From contig JAHILF010000031.1 of the NCBI GenBank assembly GCA_018897105.1, positions 7,632-71,631 of the forward strand: a DNA stretch of 64,000 bases, read 5' to 3'. The translations under genes were made by a program, and so were the position numbers. This DNA is from Pseudomonadota bacterium. GTDB taxonomy: Bacteria > Desulfobacterota > Desulfobulbia > Desulfobulbales > SURF-16. This document shows positions 20,661 to 30,240 of this stretch, one piece after another; the stretch's first letter is position 1, and each line of letters opens with the position of its first letter. Under the pieces are notes generated by a model, which saw only the letters and a list, made by a program, of their open reading frames with translations, made no database searches and had not been told where the DNA came from.

Positions 20661-20795
20661 TGATGAACTCCTAACTACTGAAAAATTACCACGGAGAGCA
20701 CAGAGCCCACAGAGATAATCAGCTATAATAAAAAAATTTCTCTGTGATCTCTGTGTGCTCCGTGGTGAAAAAAAGACTTTTATACGAGTTCATCA
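20661..20795. repeat. MITE, family A copy 2 (most complete)
   Basis: Terminal TGATGAACTC/GAGTTCATCA with internal ACCACGGAGAGCACAGAG/CTCTGTGTGCTCCGTGGT palindrome. Confidence 0.85.
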
Positions 20796-20877
20796 TGATT
20801 GTCTTTTCTCAAGTTTGCCGTTATTTTGCAAGTCTTCTACCACACATCCCATTACCATCATAAATGAAGATAAAACA

Positions 20878-23800
20878 ATGAACGAGACAACCACTCCCAG
20901 GGACCTCGATCCCTATTTTTTCGACAGTGAAGATCTGCAGGCAATCGCCGACGCAAGGACCATCCGCCAGGGACTGGCCTATTATAAGGAAAAGAGGGTG
21001 ATTGACCTGGCCCATGATGCGGAAATACTCTGGGGCAGGGTGGAGGACGAGGATTCCGACATCCCCTTTGACGCCGAGATACGTCCGACCGGGGGTGGGC
21101 CTCCCGTTTTTTCCTGCCAGTGCCCGGCCGGGGCGGAAGGTGCGACCTGCCGGCATGTGGTGGCCGTGCTCTATGCCTACGCCGACCAGCGCGGTGAAAC
21201 AGGCGAACTCATGAGTGCCGCGGACAACGCCATCAAGGAACGGATGAAACGGGGCCGCTCCGAGGTCCGGGTGGAACCCCTGGACGACGCGTCCTGGTTC
21301 GGTGACTGGCGGGCCTCCTCGGTAAGTTCCTCCACCCATTTCTCGCGCCGTTACCGGGTGACGCTCCGCAGCCTCAATCGCCGGGCCAATTTCTGCAGCT
21401 GTCCTGATTTTGCCAACAATCAGCTCGGCACCTGCAAGCATATTGAGGCCGTGCTGCACAAAATCAGGAAACACCCGGAATACGAACAGCTCCGCAGGCA
21501 ACCCGCCCCTCTCCCCTATGTTTACCTGGCCTGGGATGTGGAGAATGCGCCCCGGCTCCGTCTGCACCGCACCGCGACTATGCCAAAGGACCTGCAGACA
21601 CTCCTGGCCGATTATTTTGATGCAACGGGCGCCTTGCAGGGCAGGCTGCCGGACGTTTTTTTCCGCTTTCAGGAAGCGGTCGGTGAGCGGGACGACATTA
21701 ATATCGGCGAGGACGCGACTGAATATGCCCGGCACCTGGCTAAGGTTGCGGCCCAGCGGTTTCGCTCGGCGGAAATACGCGAGCAGATACAAGCAGGCAG
21801 CGGCAGGCTGCCCGGCATCCGCGCCCGGCTCTACCCCTACCAGATCGAGGGGGCAGCCTTTCTCGCCGGCACCGGCCGCGCCCTGCTGGCCGATGACATG
21901 GGACTGGGCAAGACCCTGCAGGCCATCAGCGCCGCCGTCTGGCTGGAAAAATACGAAAACGCCCAGAAAACGCTCATTGTCTGCCCCGCCTCCCTGAAAC
22001 AGCAATGGGCGAGGGAGATCGGTAAATTTTCCGAGCAACAGTGCCAGGTGATCCAGGGGCCGCCCCCGGCCCGAAGCGCCCAGTACCGGAGAGATTGCTC
22101 TTTCTACATCATCAATTACGAACTGCTCCTGCGCGACCTGTCGGTGATCAACGAAACCCTCCGGCCGGATCTGCTTATCCTGGACGAGGCCCAGCGCATC
22201 AAGAACTGGCGCACCAAGATCGCCTCGGCGGTCAAGCTGGTGTCCAGTCGCTTCGCCTTTGTCCTGTCCGGCACCCCCCTGGAAAACCGGCTGGAGGACC
22301 TCTACAGCCTGATGCAGGTGGTGGACCCCAAAATCCTGGGCCCCCTGTGGCGTTACATGATCGATTTTCATGTGACTGACGAACGGGGCAAGGTGTTGGG
22401 TTACCGTAATCTTTCCCTGCTGCGGCAACGCATTGCCCCGGTCATGCTGCGCCGTGACCGCCGGCTGGTGAAAGACCAATTGCCGGATCGGATTGTCCAG
22501 CGGCTCGATGTGGAGATGACTGCCAAGCAGATTGAGCTGCATAACGACGCCATGCATAACGCCGGCATCATCGCTGACATTGCCAGGAAACGTCCCCTGA
22601 CGCCGTCAGAGCAGAACCGGCTGATGGCGGCCCTGCAGCAGGCACGCATGGCCTGCAATGCCGCGGGCCTGGTGGACAAGAAGACCGAGGGCTCGCCCAA
22701 ACTCGACGAACTGGTTGACATCCTGGATGAACTCTGCCTCCAGTCCGGGCTTAAGGCTGTGGTCTTTTCCCAGTGGGAGCTGATGACCAGGATGGTTGAG
22801 GAACGATTGCGGAGGATGAAGCTCGGTTTTGTCCGCCTGCACGGCGGGGTGCCCACGGCAAAACGCGGGGAACTGATGGACCGCTTCCGCGAGGACGACA
22901 GCGTGCAGGTCTTCCTCTCCACCGATGCCGGCGGGGTGGGACTCAACCTGCAGAGCGGCTCGGTGCTTATCAATCTGGATGTGCCCTGGAACCCGGCGGT
23001 GCTGGAACAGCGCAACGGCCGGGTGCATCGCCTCGGCCAGACCAGGAAAGTGCAGATCATCAACATGGTGGCTGCTGATTCCTATGAAGAGCATGTCATG
23101 TCCCTGGTGCAGGGTAAGCAGCATCTTTTTAACAATGTGATTTCCGAGGATGCCACCGAGGATGTGGTGGGCGTCTCTAAAAAACTGCTTGAGGCCCTGG
23201 TGGAAGACCTGACAACACCGCAGCCCGGTCCCGCAGAAGCGGCCGCAGGGGCTGAGGAGATCCTGGAAACAGATGACACGGCAGCAGCCATTGAGCCCGC
23301 CCTGGCCGGAAAAAGTGAGGAGGACAAGGCGGTTGAAGAGGCCATCGCCCATTGCATTGAAGAACTGCAGAAGACCCTGGGGTCACGTATTGAACGTATT
23401 CTCGGTTCCGGCGGCGGGCTGCTTGCGGTCATCGACCGGGTGGATGCCGAGGCGGACGGGGTGGCGGCCCGGCTATCCGACACGGTGCCGGTGGCGGTCA
23501 TTGACCGATGTACCTTAAACGGACTCAGCCGGCTTGGGGCAGCCTCCCCGGTGAGCATCAGCCACACCTATTATGATGCGAGCCAGGTGACGGATCAGGG
23601 CGGCATGTCAAGGCTGGCCGCCCTGGCCGCGGAAAAACTGCAGGCGGCTCGGGTGCTCATGGAACAGAATTGCCAAAACAGCGCCGTGGAACTGCTCCTC
23701 TCCTCGCTGCTCGCCGCGGCAGCGGACCGGGCCGGTCTCGACCAGCCCGTCACGGCCCCGGAAGCCGGGGTATGGATCTATGGCGAGGCCCTGCCCAAGG

Positions 23801-23925
23801 GACTGCTGAACCAGGAAGAGGTGGGGCTGATCATGCGGGGCATTACCCTGGCCCAGTCCCAGTCCGTGCCGGAATCACTCATCACCGGACTTCTTGATGA
23901 TGCGCAACTCTTTGTGCAACCATGA
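20878..23925 (+). CDS. SWIM zinc-finger SNF2-family helicase
   Basis: Two SWIM motifs (CQC...CRH; CSC...CKH), ADDMGLGKT, DEAQ, SGTPLEN, FSQW and QRNGRVHRLGQ. Confidence 0.93.
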   Translation: MNETTTPRDLDPYFFDSEDLQAIADARTIRQGLAYYKEKRVIDLAHDAEILWGRVEDEDSDIPFDAEIRPTGGGPPVFSCQCPAGAEGATCRHVVAVLYAYADQRGETGELMSAADNAIKERMKRGRSEVRVEPLDDASWFGDWRASSVSSSTHFSRRYRVTLRSLNRRANFCSCPDFANNQLGTCKHIEAVLHKIRKHPEYEQLRRQPAPLPYVYLAWDVENAPRLRLHRTATMPKDLQTLLADYFDATGALQGRLPDVFFRFQEAVGERDDINIGEDATEYARHLAKVAAQRFRSAEIREQIQAGSGRLPGIRARLYPYQIEGAAFLAGTGRALLADDMGLGKTLQAISAAVWLEKYENAQKTLIVCPASLKQQWAREIGKFSEQQCQVIQGPPPARSAQYRRDCSFYIINYELLLRDLSVINETLRPDLLILDEAQRIKNWRTKIASAVKLVSSRFAFVLSGTPLENRLEDLYSLMQVVDPKILGPLWRYMIDFHVTDERGKVLGYRNLSLLRQRIAPVMLRRDRRLVKDQLPDRIVQRLDVEMTAKQIELHNDAMHNAGIIADIARKRPLTPSEQNRLMAALQQARMACNAAGLVDKKTEGSPKLDELVDILDELCLQSGLKAVVFSQWELMTRMVEERLRRMKLGFVRLHGGVPTAKRGELMDRFREDDSVQVFLSTDAGGVGLNLQSGSVLINLDVPWNPAVLEQRNGRVHRLGQTRKVQIINMVAADSYEEHVMSLVQGKQHLFNNVISEDATEDVVGVSKKLLEALVEDLTTPQPGPAEAAAGAEEILETDDTAAAIEPALAGKSEEDKAVEEAIAHCIEELQKTLGSRIERILGSGGGLLAVIDRVDAEADGVAARLSDTVPVAVIDRCTLNGLSRLGAASPVSISHTYYDASQVTDQGGMSRLAALAAEKLQAARVLMEQNCQNSAVELLLSSLLAAAADRAGLDQPVTAPEAGVWIYGEALPKGLLNQEEVGLIMRGITLAQSQSVPESLITGLLDDAQLFVQP

Positions 23926-23931
23926 AACCAA

Positions 23932-24217
23932 TAATGAATTCGTAAAAACTGAAAAATTACCACAGAGAGCACAAAGCCCACAGAGCAAACAGACTCGGCA
24001 ATTGTTGAATACCTATTACCAAGTCTCGTAGCCTCCGTCATTCCGGCACGTTTTTAACCGAAATCCAGGTTCTCCGTTGGATGTCAGCTAGAATCCTGCC
24101 GGCATAATGGCATAGATAAACGGTACTTTTATAACTTCTAAGTCCCTAACTGACTGTAACAAAAAAAATTCTCTGCGGTCTCTGTGGGCTCTGTGGTGAA
24201 AAAAGACCTTTCACCCA
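23932..24217. repeat. MITE family A copy 3 with a nested family B repeat
   Basis: Left arm at 23932-23990 and right arm at about 24146-24217, separated by CGTCATTCCGGCACG...AATCCAGG. Confidence 0.75.
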
Positions 24218-24258
24218 ATGGGCATAAATACGAGACAGTCAACCAGTAACCGGCACCC

Positions 24259-26559
24259 ATGAATCTAACCGATGAACAACAGCGGATCGTGGCCCACCAG
24301 GCAGGCCACGCCAAGGTCAGCGCCGTAGCCGGTTCCGGCAAGACCACCACCATGGTGGCCAGGGTCAGGCATCTGCTTGAGCAGGGGGTGGCGCCGCAGC
24401 AGATGCTGGTGCTGATGTTCAACCGATCAGCCAGGGACAGCTTTGCCGCGGCCATGCATGATCTCTTGCAACCGGCAGGGTTGTCGCCCCCGGAAGTCCG
24501 CACCTTCCACTCCCTGGGCCTGCGCCTGGTGGGCAGCTTTACCCGGAAAAAATTCCTGCCCGCCCACACCCTGGTCACCGAGGAATACCAGCTGGAAAAG
24601 CTGGCCAAGAGCGCGGTGCGCCGGATCATTGACCAGGAAGACGGCAGTGAGGAATGGCTGTCCGGGGAAAATTTGGAGGGATTTCTTACCTTCATCGACT
24701 TGGTCAAATCAGACATCCTGCCCGCTGGCAAACTCTTTTCCTCCCTGCAGCTGGCCGAAGGCTTCTCCTATTTCATCGAGGCCTTCGAGATTTTTGAGGC
24801 ACAGCGCCAGGCCGCAAAAATCCGCTCTTATGCCGACCTCATCCATGAGCCGGTCATGGCCATGCTGGGCAACCCGCAGCTGGCGGACTGGGCCGCCAAC
24901 CATGTGGATCATATCATTGTCGACGAGTACCAGGATATCAATGAGGTCCAGCAGCAACTTCTGAAAATCATTGCCGGCCACCGGGCCCAGGTCATGGTGG
25001 TGGGCGATGTGGACCAATGCATCTACGAGTGGCGGGGGGCGAAACCGGAATACATCACCAAACGATTTGCCCGGGATTTCCCGCATCCCGCGACCTACAC
25101 CCTTTCCAACACCTTCCGTTATGGGCACCGGCTGTCGCTCGCCGCCAACCATCTCATCGTAAACAACCGGCTGCGCGACCGAAAACTCTGCCTCTCCTTC
25201 CCCACTACCCCAGACACCACCTTGAGCTGTTTGCAGGAAAAAGAACCCCATCCGGTCCTAGCCATTTTGGAGGAACTGGCCGCCCAGGGCAGGTCCCCGG
25301 CAGAGGCTGTGGTGCTGGTCAGGATGTTCGCCATGAGCGTGCCGGTGGAGCTTGCCCTGCTGGATGCCCATATCCCCTACCGGCTGGTCGGCCATGAGCA
25401 GGTTTTCGCCTGCCCGGAGATCAAGGCATTGAGCGGCTACCTGCACCTCTGCCAGGGCAGTTTGGGCGAAATCGAGCCTTCCGCGCGCCCGGACATCATC
25501 GAGGCCATGCTGACCCATCCCCATCTCGGCGTCAAACGAGAAAAAATCAGCGAGCTCGCCGCTCACATCGCGGGCCGGCCGGAGCGGGCAATAGAACGGA
25601 TTCTTGCCGCGCCAAGCTCCGATACCCCGCACTTTGTGCAGAAACGCTTTACCCAGACCGCGGAAACATGGCATGAAATAGGTATGCTGCCCTCCTCTGC
25701 CAAAGCCGGTCAAATCCTTGAGACGGTCATCAAAAAAACGAACCTTTTCGATTTTTACCGCAATATCTCCTCCCGCATCGCCACGGCGGAAAACAGGATC
25801 AAGACCTGCCAGGCCTTTGTCCGCTTCGCCCAACGGCTGAATCTGGCCGTGGCCCCATTTCTGGAGAAAATAGGCGCCTTGCAGCAGCAGGCCGCGGCCC
25901 CGGCCGGGGACTGCCTGCTGATCACCTCCATTCACCGGGCCAAGGGCCTGGAATGGCCGGTGGTGATCATTCCGGGACTCACTGACGGCTCCTTTCCGCT
26001 GATTAGCGACGACCATGAAATAACCTTCGACAACCTGGAGGATGAACGCCGGCTCTTTTATGTGGCCATGACCAGGGCCAGACAGCAGGTCTTTTTCATC
26101 CATCCGCCGGACAGCCGATTCAGCAAAATGAAAAAAGCAGGCAACGGCCGCTACCCGCAGCCCAAAGTCGAAGACGGCTTTCCAGCCAGCCGCTTTCTCT
26201 ATGAGGCGAATCTCGGCTTAAGCAACCAACTCGGCGATGCGGTATGGCAGGGTGAAGGATATTCCGGCAAAACCATTATTGCCCAGGATATCGAAGTGGC
26301 CAACCAGTATCTTGCGGCCATCAATTCTCCCGTCAAACCGGTACAACAGCCGGAAAAGCCTGCCAGCACCCCAGCCGGCAGCAAAAAAATCCTGTCAATC
26401 AACGAGCTGGCCGAGGGCCTGCTGGTCAGACACCACTCATTCGGGCCGGGTGTGGTCACTGCGGTGCTTGATCGCCGCCAGGGGAAGGTGCGTGTGCTTT
26501 TTGATCACCACGGCGAAAAGACCCTGAAGGTCGAAATCGCCCGTCTGCAGCCGCAGTAG
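24259..26559 (+). CDS. UvrD/PcrA-family SF1 helicase with C-terminal Tudor-like domain
   Basis: AVAGSGKT, TFHSLG, DEYQD, VGDVDQCIYEWRG, HRAKGLEW, EDERRLFYVAMTRA and VRHHSFGPG. Confidence 0.93.
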   Translation: MNLTDEQQRIVAHQAGHAKVSAVAGSGKTTTMVARVRHLLEQGVAPQQMLVLMFNRSARDSFAAAMHDLLQPAGLSPPEVRTFHSLGLRLVGSFTRKKFLPAHTLVTEEYQLEKLAKSAVRRIIDQEDGSEEWLSGENLEGFLTFIDLVKSDILPAGKLFSSLQLAEGFSYFIEAFEIFEAQRQAAKIRSYADLIHEPVMAMLGNPQLADWAANHVDHIIVDEYQDINEVQQQLLKIIAGHRAQVMVVGDVDQCIYEWRGAKPEYITKRFARDFPHPATYTLSNTFRYGHRLSLAANHLIVNNRLRDRKLCLSFPTTPDTTLSCLQEKEPHPVLAILEELAAQGRSPAEAVVLVRMFAMSVPVELALLDAHIPYRLVGHEQVFACPEIKALSGYLHLCQGSLGEIEPSARPDIIEAMLTHPHLGVKREKISELAAHIAGRPERAIERILAAPSSDTPHFVQKRFTQTAETWHEIGMLPSSAKAGQILETVIKKTNLFDFYRNISSRIATAENRIKTCQAFVRFAQRLNLAVAPFLEKIGALQQQAAAPAGDCLLITSIHRAKGLEWPVVIIPGLTDGSFPLISDDHEITFDNLEDERRLFYVAMTRARQQVFFIHPPDSRFSKMKKAGNGRYPQPKVEDGFPASRFLYEANLGLSNQLGDAVWQGEGYSGKTIIAQDIEVANQYLAAINSPVKPVQQPEKPASTPAGSKKILSINELAEGLLVRHHSFGPGVVTAVLDRRQGKVRVLFDHHGEKTLKVEIARLQPQ

Positions 26560-26587
26560 GCAAGGCATTACTTTTTCCATTTCTTCC

Positions 26588-26727
26588 GAGACTTTTGCAA
26601 AATAATTGAATACGGAAGTTTTTCGTCATTCCCGCGCAGGCGGGAATCCAGAAACTCATTGGCATACAATGGTTTGGATTGCCGATAACTCCATCAAGAT
26701 GAAAAAATCTTATCTTGCACAAGCTCT
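26588..26727. repeat. Degenerate MITE/REP (CGTCATTCCCGCGCAGGCGGGAATCCAG core)
   Basis: Core hairpin ATTCCCGC/GCGGGAAT and imperfect ends GAGACTTTTGCAAAATAA / TTATCTTGCACAAGCTC. Confidence 0.55.
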
Positions 26728-27096
26728 TCTTCATGCTTTTCGCAAGAATGCGACGATTTGCCACTTTGCAAATACTCAAACTCCATGTAAGAATCTGTCA
26801 GGATATTTTTTTACAGTAGCAACTTTCTAAACAACCGTAACTCATTGAAATAGTGAATTATATGATATTGTGGGCAGTCATCGTTCCGATAGGTCCCGGA
26901 GCAAGGCCAGGAGCAAACCAGTATCAGGGAGTTTTCCGGATGCCGGATCAGATAGCGAAGCGGAGCGTAGACTTCGAGTCCGCATGACGGATTGCTTGCT
27001 TCCGGAAAAACCGGGCAGCTGATGATGGTAGCCCGGCTATTTTTTTTGAAATGATTGGACAGGGCATCAGGAAGGAAGAAAAGACGAACGGCCGTG

Positions 27097-28089
27097 CTAC
27101 AGGCGATCCAAGGGGCTTTGCAGGCGCTGAATATCCCGAGCCATGACATGGGTATAAATCTCTGTGGTCTTCACATCCGCATGGCCGAGGAGATCCTGGA
27201 GTACCCGTATGTTCACCCCCTGTTCCAGCAGATGGGTGGCGAAACTGTGGCGCAGGGTATGACAGCCGATTTTCTTGGTGATCCCAGCCCGTTGCGCCGC
27301 TACCTTTACCGCCTTTTGCAGCCCGGATTCAAGGACATGGTGGCGCATCTCTTTGCCGGAACGAGGATCAACGGAACGTTTTTGTGCCGGGAAAACCCAT
27401 TGCCAGCCGGTCTCCCGGGCGGCGTTGGGGTATTTTCTGGCCAGGGCATCGGGGATGTAGACTTCGCCGAAGCCTGCCTCCAGGTCCAGGTGATGGAGTT
27501 CTTTTACCTCCTCGACCTGAGCGCGCAGCTCATCCTGCAGATTCCGGGGTAGGATGGTGGTCCGGTCCTTGCCACCTTTGCCGCCCCGGACGAAGATAAG
27601 ATTCTGGCCGAAATCAACGTCCTGAATGCGCAGCCGGATGCATTCCATCAGACGCAGACCGCCGCCGTAGAGAATTCTGGCCATCAGGGCATGTTTGCCC
27701 GACATGGCCGCCAGCAGGCGCTGGACCTCCGACTGGGTCAGCACCGTTGGCGGCCTGGGCAGGCGTTTACTGCGGACGGGGGCGATCTCTCCGTCAATGG
27801 GCTGGTCGAGCACATCCCGATATAGGAAGACCAGCGCATTCAAGGCCTGCCGTTGCGTCGAGGCAGACACCTTGCCTTCGGTGGCGAGATGGGAAAGGAA
27901 ACTCTCCACATCCTTCCCCTGAAGCTTGGAGGGATGGGTTTTGCCGCCGAAGTGGTAAATATAGCGAAGAATCCACTGGCAATAGGTCTGTTCGGTTCGG
28001 TAGGCATAGTGATGGTACCGGAGAACCTCACGAACCTGGTCCATGAGTTTGAGTTTTGGATTGGGCAGGAATTTTGGTTTCTTTTCCAT
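27097..28089 (-). CDS. intI: Integron integrase
   Basis: HYAYRTEQTY, SASTQRQALNAL, YGGGLRLME, GKGGKDR, IntI-specific insert (VYIPDALARKYP...WQWVFP...RHH), HTLRHSFATHLL and TTEIYTHV. Confidence 0.97.
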   Translation of the reverse strand: MEKKPKFLPNPKLKLMDQVREVLRYHHYAYRTEQTYCQWILRYIYHFGGKTHPSKLQGKDVESFLSHLATEGKVSASTQRQALNALVFLYRDVLDQPIDGEIAPVRSKRLPRPPTVLTQSEVQRLLAAMSGKHALMARILYGGGLRLMECIRLRIQDVDFGQNLIFVRGGKGGKDRTTILPRNLQDELRAQVEEVKELHHLDLEAGFGEVYIPDALARKYPNAARETGWQWVFPAQKRSVDPRSGKEMRHHVLESGLQKAVKVAAQRAGITKKIGCHTLRHSFATHLLEQGVNIRVLQDLLGHADVKTTEIYTHVMARDIQRLQSPLDRL

Positions 28090-28101
28090 GATTCATACTT
28101 T

Positions 28102-28264
28102 AATATCGCAATAAGCGGAAAATCGCAAGCGATTATGTAATAAGTGGACAGCATGGAGTCTGATTTTCCATGTTTTATATTTCAATATCATAATAAGTGG
28201 AAATTCTGTCCATCTATATAAGGTAATATGATGGACAGCTTTCCGCTTATTACACTGTTAGTGC
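28102..28264 (+). other. attI site with repeated putative integrase-binding boxes
   Basis: Core G/TTAGTGC at 28257 matches R'' GCACTAAC of the first attC. AATAAGYGGA at 28110, 28139 and 28192, with an inverted copy at 28242. Confidence 0.75.
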
Positions 28265-28268
28265 CTGA

Positions 28269-28589
28269 ATGAATAATCCATTTGCAAGAATAATATTTGC
28301 TGTAATTTTTTTTCTTCTCCTTTGTGGGCTCTATTATTTGAGCGAAGGCACTGGTTTAGAAACTTTGATTTTTCTTGTAATTGGAGCTGTAATAGGAATT
28401 CCGAAGGGCCTTGCTCTTCCTATGAGTTTTACATACAAATTGGGGTATATTTTTGTTTTGGCTGGGTCAATTACTGCAATAACTGTAGGAATTAGAACAA
28501 AAAAAAATTTATTGGGACAATTGCTGGTATTTTTAGGAGTAGCAATTTGGTTTGCCTGTGGTTTTATAGGAATAATAATTGAAGGGTAA
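28269..28589 (+). CDS. Cassette 1: small multi-TM membrane protein of unknown function
   Basis: ATG about 12 bp after the attI core; about 4 hydrophobic helices; AT-rich; followed by attC. Confidence 0.8.
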   Translation: MNNPFARIIFAVIFFLLLCGLYYLSEGTGLETLIFLVIGAVIGIPKGLALPMSFTYKLGYIFVLAGSITAITVGIRTKKNLLGQLLVFLGVAIWFACGFIGIIIEG

Positions 28590-28611
28590 TATGTTGAAAT
28601 TTAACAAAAAA

Positions 28612-28698
28612 GCACTAACCAACACATCCACCAGACCAGAATGGCCTATGTTTTCTTATGCATCACCGTGGCTGGCTGGTGATGTTGGTCGATATGTG
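28612..28698 (+). other. attC site 1
   Basis: R'' GCACTAAC, 5-nt spacer, L'' CATCCACC (extra base), L' GGTGATG, 6-nt spacer, R' GATATGTG. Confidence 0.85.
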
Positions 28699-28707
28699 TA
28701 AAAAACT

Positions 28708-29448
28708 ATGGAAAGCTGCCTTGACCCTCTATTTGAATCGATATTCCCAATCATATTTTATGATGAGAAGGATTTGGTGAATGTTGCTGGCACATCAATA
28801 CTTGTTGAGCATAAAGGACAAAATTATCTATTAACGGCAGCGCATGTTCTTAAAGATCCAGGCAGCAAGTATCATCTATATGTTTTACTACGAGGTAAAG
28901 CTGTTCATCTTCATGATCCTGCGTTCATGAGTAAAATTCAAAAAACAGATATTGATACCGCCTTTTTCCCTTTGGCTTTCCATCCGACCTTAGAGACTCA
29001 TTTAACTGGTTATAAGACGATTACTCTCAAAGAATATGATGGAGATATAACGTATAGCAGAGAGCATTATTTTGTATTCGGCTTTCCATGGCGCAGAGCA
29101 AAATTCAACCGGACAGATAAGGAACTGAACGCTCGACCATTACAATATTTTACAGACATCATTGATGATAGTTCTTTGTTTTCAAAATACAACAGGCCTA
29201 AAGAAAGCCATATTTTGGTTCAATATAATCCAAAAACAACCACAAATAGGAATAAAATTAAACAATTGGCCCCACACCCTCATGGCATAAGTGGCGGTCC
29301 ATTGTTTAAAGCTCTTATTAACGATAGAGACGAAGTAATTCTTTTGATTCTTGAAGGACTTTTGATTGAGTGGAAAGACTCCCGTGTGATTGTCGCTACC
29401 AAAAAAGAAAAAATCCGAAATTTTATTGATGGTAAACCATTGCATTGA
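28708..29448 (+). CDS. Cassette 2 gene A: trypsin-like serine protease, no signal peptide
   Basis: Catalytic-triad motifs LLTAAHV, DIDTAF and GISGGPLF, plus FGFP. Confidence 0.85.
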   Translation: MESCLDPLFESIFPIIFYDEKDLVNVAGTSILVEHKGQNYLLTAAHVLKDPGSKYHLYVLLRGKAVHLHDPAFMSKIQKTDIDTAFFPLAFHPTLETHLTGYKTITLKEYDGDITYSREHYFVFGFPWRRAKFNRTDKELNARPLQYFTDIIDDSSLFSKYNRPKESHILVQYNPKTTTNRNKIKQLAPHPHGISGGPLFKALINDRDEVILLILEGLLIEWKDSRVIVATKKEKIRNFIDGKPLH

Positions 29449-29465
29449 CAGCAGGGGCTTAAAAA

Positions 29466-30227
29466 ATGACTAAAGACGAATGGAAAGAGCTTGTCAAAGG
29501 AATCTGTAACCAAAAAATTCTACCAAAACTTCGAAAAATTCATAGGAAGTATCACCCTTTTGAAATTTATGAAAGATTCCCATTCGGTGATAGAAGAATC
29601 TATAAGTCATCGCGCACAATACGCTTTATCGAAGAAAATTTTGATGATGACGACGATCTTACCAAAATTTTCAACACAGAATATCTCGGTAATACGCTTG
29701 ACAATCTTCGATGGGGTATCGAAAACAGCAATCGTCTCGTACTCAAAACTGGAATATCCGATGTTATCGAAGAGTTCTTTGAAGAAATAGTAGATGGGAT
29801 GGAAATTTCAGATATCCCGAATGTTGATTTTGATGCATTGAGGGAAGCTGGAAGCCAAGATCCGAAAAGTGAAATCCTTGTCTCAATGATCAGGACGAAA
29901 AAAATCAAAATGAAACTTCGTTACAATTCAAATTTGAATGAGAGTGAAATGCGCTACTCTCTTCATGAGAGCGAGAAAATAGTAGTTAGAAAAAAAGAGC
30001 AGTTAGAACACTGTGACAAAGATAACCCTCCCACTAAAAAGAAAATATTTAAGGGCTTAGGTGGGATATGCCGTGGGGCTATTCTAACGGGGGTTGATAT
30101 CGGTCTTTTGGCTGGGCTTTGGCCAGTTCCCCTTTCACCTGACACTACTACAGTCGGCGCGGTTGCATCTATTACTACCGGAGTTGGAGACATCATGATA
30201 GCTATTGGTGAGCTTCGGGGTGAATAA
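29466..30227 (+). CDS. Cassette 2 gene B: hypothetical protein with Gly-rich hydrophobic C-terminal hairpin
   Basis: 253-aa ORF 17 bp after the protease; charged body, then two hydrophobic Gly-rich segments. Confidence 0.8.
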   Translation: MTKDEWKELVKGICNQKILPKLRKIHRKYHPFEIYERFPFGDRRIYKSSRTIRFIEENFDDDDDLTKIFNTEYLGNTLDNLRWGIENSNRLVLKTGISDVIEEFFEEIVDGMEISDIPNVDFDALREAGSQDPKSEILVSMIRTKKIKMKLRYNSNLNESEMRYSLHESEKIVVRKKEQLEHCDKDNPPTKKKIFKGLGGICRGAILTGVDIGLLAGLWPVPLSPDTTTVGAVASITTGVGDIMIAIGELRGE

Positions 30228-30240
30228 AAAACAGAAGAAT

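Noticed and set aside
20755-20877. Upstream GTG start of the SNF2 ORF
   Set aside because: Lies inside the MITE; ATG 20878 is more plausible.
20821-22557. 578-aa antisense ORF and similar long antisense ORFs over GC-rich genes
   Set aside because: Expected shadow frames from codon bias; no domain motifs.
28102-28251. Short repeats near attI and at 56292 as a CRISPR array
   Set aside because: Too short, irregularly spaced, no unique spacers and no cas genes.
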